64,000 bases of DNA. It comes from an uncultured Nitrospiraceae bacterium. GTDB taxonomy: Bacteria; Nitrospirota; Nitrospiria; Nitrospirales; Nitrospiraceae. The stretch covers positions 352,001 to 416,000 of the forward strand of contig CAVSTP010000002.1 of NCBI GenBank assembly GCA_963730935.1, given 5' to 3'. Shown in pieces: positions 61,975 to 64,000 of the stretch; position 1 is the stretch's first letter; the number at the start of each line of letters is the position of its first letter. The notes below the pieces were generated by a model, which worked only from the letters and a program-made list of their open reading frames with translations, did not search any database and was not told the DNA's origin. Made by a program: the position numbers and the translations under genes.

Positions 61975-62320
61975 GGCAGTTTCGTCAAGTCCTCCCCATT
62001 GAGCGGGAGAAAGGCGAAGTACCTCTATTAGACAACTGTACAGCAATACTGCACTCAGAAGCATGACCTAGGGAACTCACGAGGTGACTCATGTGGTGCA
62101 GATTTCTATAGTGCACTCATTATTCAACTATTAGCAGGTAGCTCTTGCCATTCCAAAAGCATCGTCGCTTCACAGCAAGCCCCTCGCAAGTAGATCCTCC
62201 CACTGCTTTCTTGTGATTCCACGATCTAGCTTATCAGCCTTGTAATAAAACGTACCGCATTCTCAGAGCTTGTTGCCTTTTCAGGCAATGAATCCTCACA
62301 AAACAACGGAGGGTGCTGCC

Positions 62321-62557
62321 ATGTATGATGACTATGTAAGGCGACAGCCAACGAACAGAGATTTGTGCCGTGCGTTGTGGCGGGATTTGCACACGATGTT
62401 CAGGGATTTATTTGACAACCTACGAGGCTGGATGTGGAGAAATACCGAAGAACCGCTAAAAAAAGAAGCGCAACAACATATCGAGTGTTCAGAGGGAGAA
62501 CACCTTGAGTGTGGAGATGATCAGCCTGAGCGGCATGAATCGCGTCGAGCGGCATGA
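62321..62557 (+). CDS. Hypothetical protein
   Basis: GGAGGG RBS before ATG; no recognisable motif. Confidence 0.4.
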   Translation: MYDDYVRRQPTNRDLCRALWRDLHTMFRDLFDNLRGWMWRNTEEPLKKEAQQHIECSEGEHLECGDDQPERHESRRAA

Positions 62558-62879
62558 ATGGCGTCGAGCTAGGTGATCAGTTTTTCTGCAGCCCAAAACA
62601 TTGTATCAACCCCTTTGGTCAAAGCCGTGCGCACTTGTCTGCCTGAGCACGGCAAGCTGCAAAATGGCTCCCATAGCCACTTCTCTGCTAATTGACACCT
62701 GCTTCGTAGGCGCATAATTTAAATATTCTTCACGTAAGGGCCCCGGCAAGCTGGCGATCAGCGTTTTCCTTTTCCCGCTCAGATGCTTCGCCCGCCTGCG
62801 GGGTACGCGACGAATCGCCATGAGTGCATCCTCGTAGGTAAAATCACAGTTTCGGCAGCCTTCCGGCGCTCTCGGTGCC

Positions 62880-62930
62880 AAAAAAAGGAGCTGGAGGACA
62901 CCTCTGATGGGAGAGGGTGCCTCCAACTCC
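62880..62930 (-). terminator. Intrinsic terminator
   Basis: GGAGCTGGAGG..CCTCCAACTCC stem with an A-run on its left. Confidence 0.55.
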
Positions 62931-63039
62931 TATTAGTTCCGACGCGTTCCGTGTGGACGCTGCGTCCACACGGAACGTCGCTATGTACGAGCCGCTATTA
63001 ATTAAGGACCGCGGAAAAAGTAAATCCTAACTGAACCAA

Positions 63040-63108
63040 TAAAAAAGAGCCCGCTTTCTTTCGGAAAGCGGGCTCCGTCTAAGATTTGGCAATGTTTTCA
63101 TTGCTGTT
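63040..63108 (-). ncRNA. Candidate ~70-nt sRNA, copy 2
   Basis: TTGAGG-16-TATCTT, GCAATG-AAAA-CATTGC hairpin, terminator with T6. Confidence 0.5.
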
Positions 63109-63206
63109 TTCTAAGATACTCTAATCTTATCAAACCTCAATAAGAAAGCGGCCTGATCCCTGAAGATTGATCCAAACAGCTCCAGGTCCCTGCACCTGGG
63201 TAGACC

Positions 63207-63404
63207 CTAATCCAGCGGTTTGACTGGTGCAGTTTCGATGTGTCGTAATCCCACCGTCGACTTATCCGGAAGTAATTCCCGCGACAGTTCGTTAACGTAA
63301 AATTCCACAAGGCTGCGCTCATCTTCCGTCAACGTTCCCTCCTTTGACAGTAAACGATCGCATGCACGAGTGTAGAGGGCTATTTCTCGGCGGACATGGT
63401 GCAT
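63207..63404 (-). CDS. Small LTEDER-motif protein
   Basis: ACDRLLS..LTEDERSLVEFYVNELSRELLPDKS. Confidence 0.65.
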   Translation of the reverse strand: MHHVRREIALYTRACDRLLSKEGTLTEDERSLVEFYVNELSRELLPDKSTVGLRHIETAPVKPLD

Positions 63405-63662
63405 GTTTCACCACCTTTCAAAACGAAGTTGATGTTGTGTAAGAAGGCGGTGCATAAATAAATTAAGGAAAGATGCGCCAGTATCTTACTTGAATAATCA
63501 AACAGGCAAGTACCGCGGAAGGGGGAGAAGTAGGTTCTGGCCAACCTGGAGAAATAAGGCTATCAGGATCTGTGGGGTCAGCAGGCTTGAGTCTTATCGA
63601 CATTTCTTTCAATTTGCTCCTTTGCACTAAGGCTACATTTCCTCCTAGTAGATTGCCGGATC

Positions 63663-63724
63663 ACTTCACGGCGATGCGGATCGACGGTGTTAACCAATCA
63701 CTGTAGCGGCTCCCCGCAACCAAC
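63663..63724 (+). repeat. att-like site C ending in the tRNA-fMet 3' end
   Basis: CTCCCCGCAACCAAC identical to 51572-51586; upstream arm homologous to site B. Confidence 0.8.
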
Positions 63725-64000
63725 GCCCGCTCGAATCTATCTCGTTACAAGCCCCTTGGCCGCACTCAGCGCCATTCAGGACGTAAGATTCTTCACTTTT
63801 TGCGTCTTCAATCTACGTAATACATCTTAACCCCATAGGGTGCTTTACCGGTGGGTGAAAAGAGCATTTACTTATGCCAGTTGCTTACGAGATTAAGTGG
63901 TCATTTCCGGATGCAAACACTGTCTACAGGAACCGGTTCTCTTAACAAATTTTCCATTCTTTTGCCGTTAGTTTTCGCGACTGAACAACAAGAACAGTGA

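Larger units (their letters stand above)
51585..63724. mobile_element. tRNA-fMet-anchored accessory island / tandem array of att-bounded segments, no integrase visible
   Basis: Copies of the tRNA 3' end at ~56750, 57833 and 63710; more AT-rich; fragments and duplications. Confidence 0.65.

Noticed and set aside
62606..62926. Minus-strand ORF
   Set aside because: Its 5' part overlaps a terminator; a shorter version from 62821 is possible but unsupported.
51585..64000. CRISPR array or classical integron
   Set aside because: No regularly spaced repeat-spacer units, no cas or intI genes; the GTTAAAT-containing sites lack the RYYYAAC...GTTRRRY attC layout.

Overview
Nitrospira-like chromosome segment (taxon inferred from gene content, not proven). 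A ~48 kb core block (3.7-51.4 kb) holds aro/tyr/phe/his genes, rpsA-sppA-ihf, ruvAB, a sulfate assimilation operon, thrS-infC-rpmI-rplT, an archaeal-type PheRS and rpe-rsmB-fmt. It is bracketed by two outward-pointing tRNAs: tRNA-Arg(TCG) at 3566-3642 (-) and initiator tRNA-fMet at 51508-51584 (+). Beyond each tRNA 3' end lies an accessory mosaic with no integrase in the window. The main signal is downstream of tRNA-fMet, where three related att-like sites (56.7, 57.8, 63.7 kb), each ending in a copy of the tRNA 3' terminus, divide the region into cassette-like units of ~5.2, ~1.1 (one gene) and ~5.9 kb. Both tRNAs are followed by an IHF-like site, paired TGTCCGTG repeats and a paralogous ribbon-helix-helix gene. 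A 36-bp tRNA-Arg 3' fragment sits, inverted relative to tRNA-Arg, just behind tRNA-fMet. The units also carry a 964-bp duplication, a repeated candidate sRNA, small-protein families and fused gene fragments. All calls come from reading the sequence by eye; no database searches were run.
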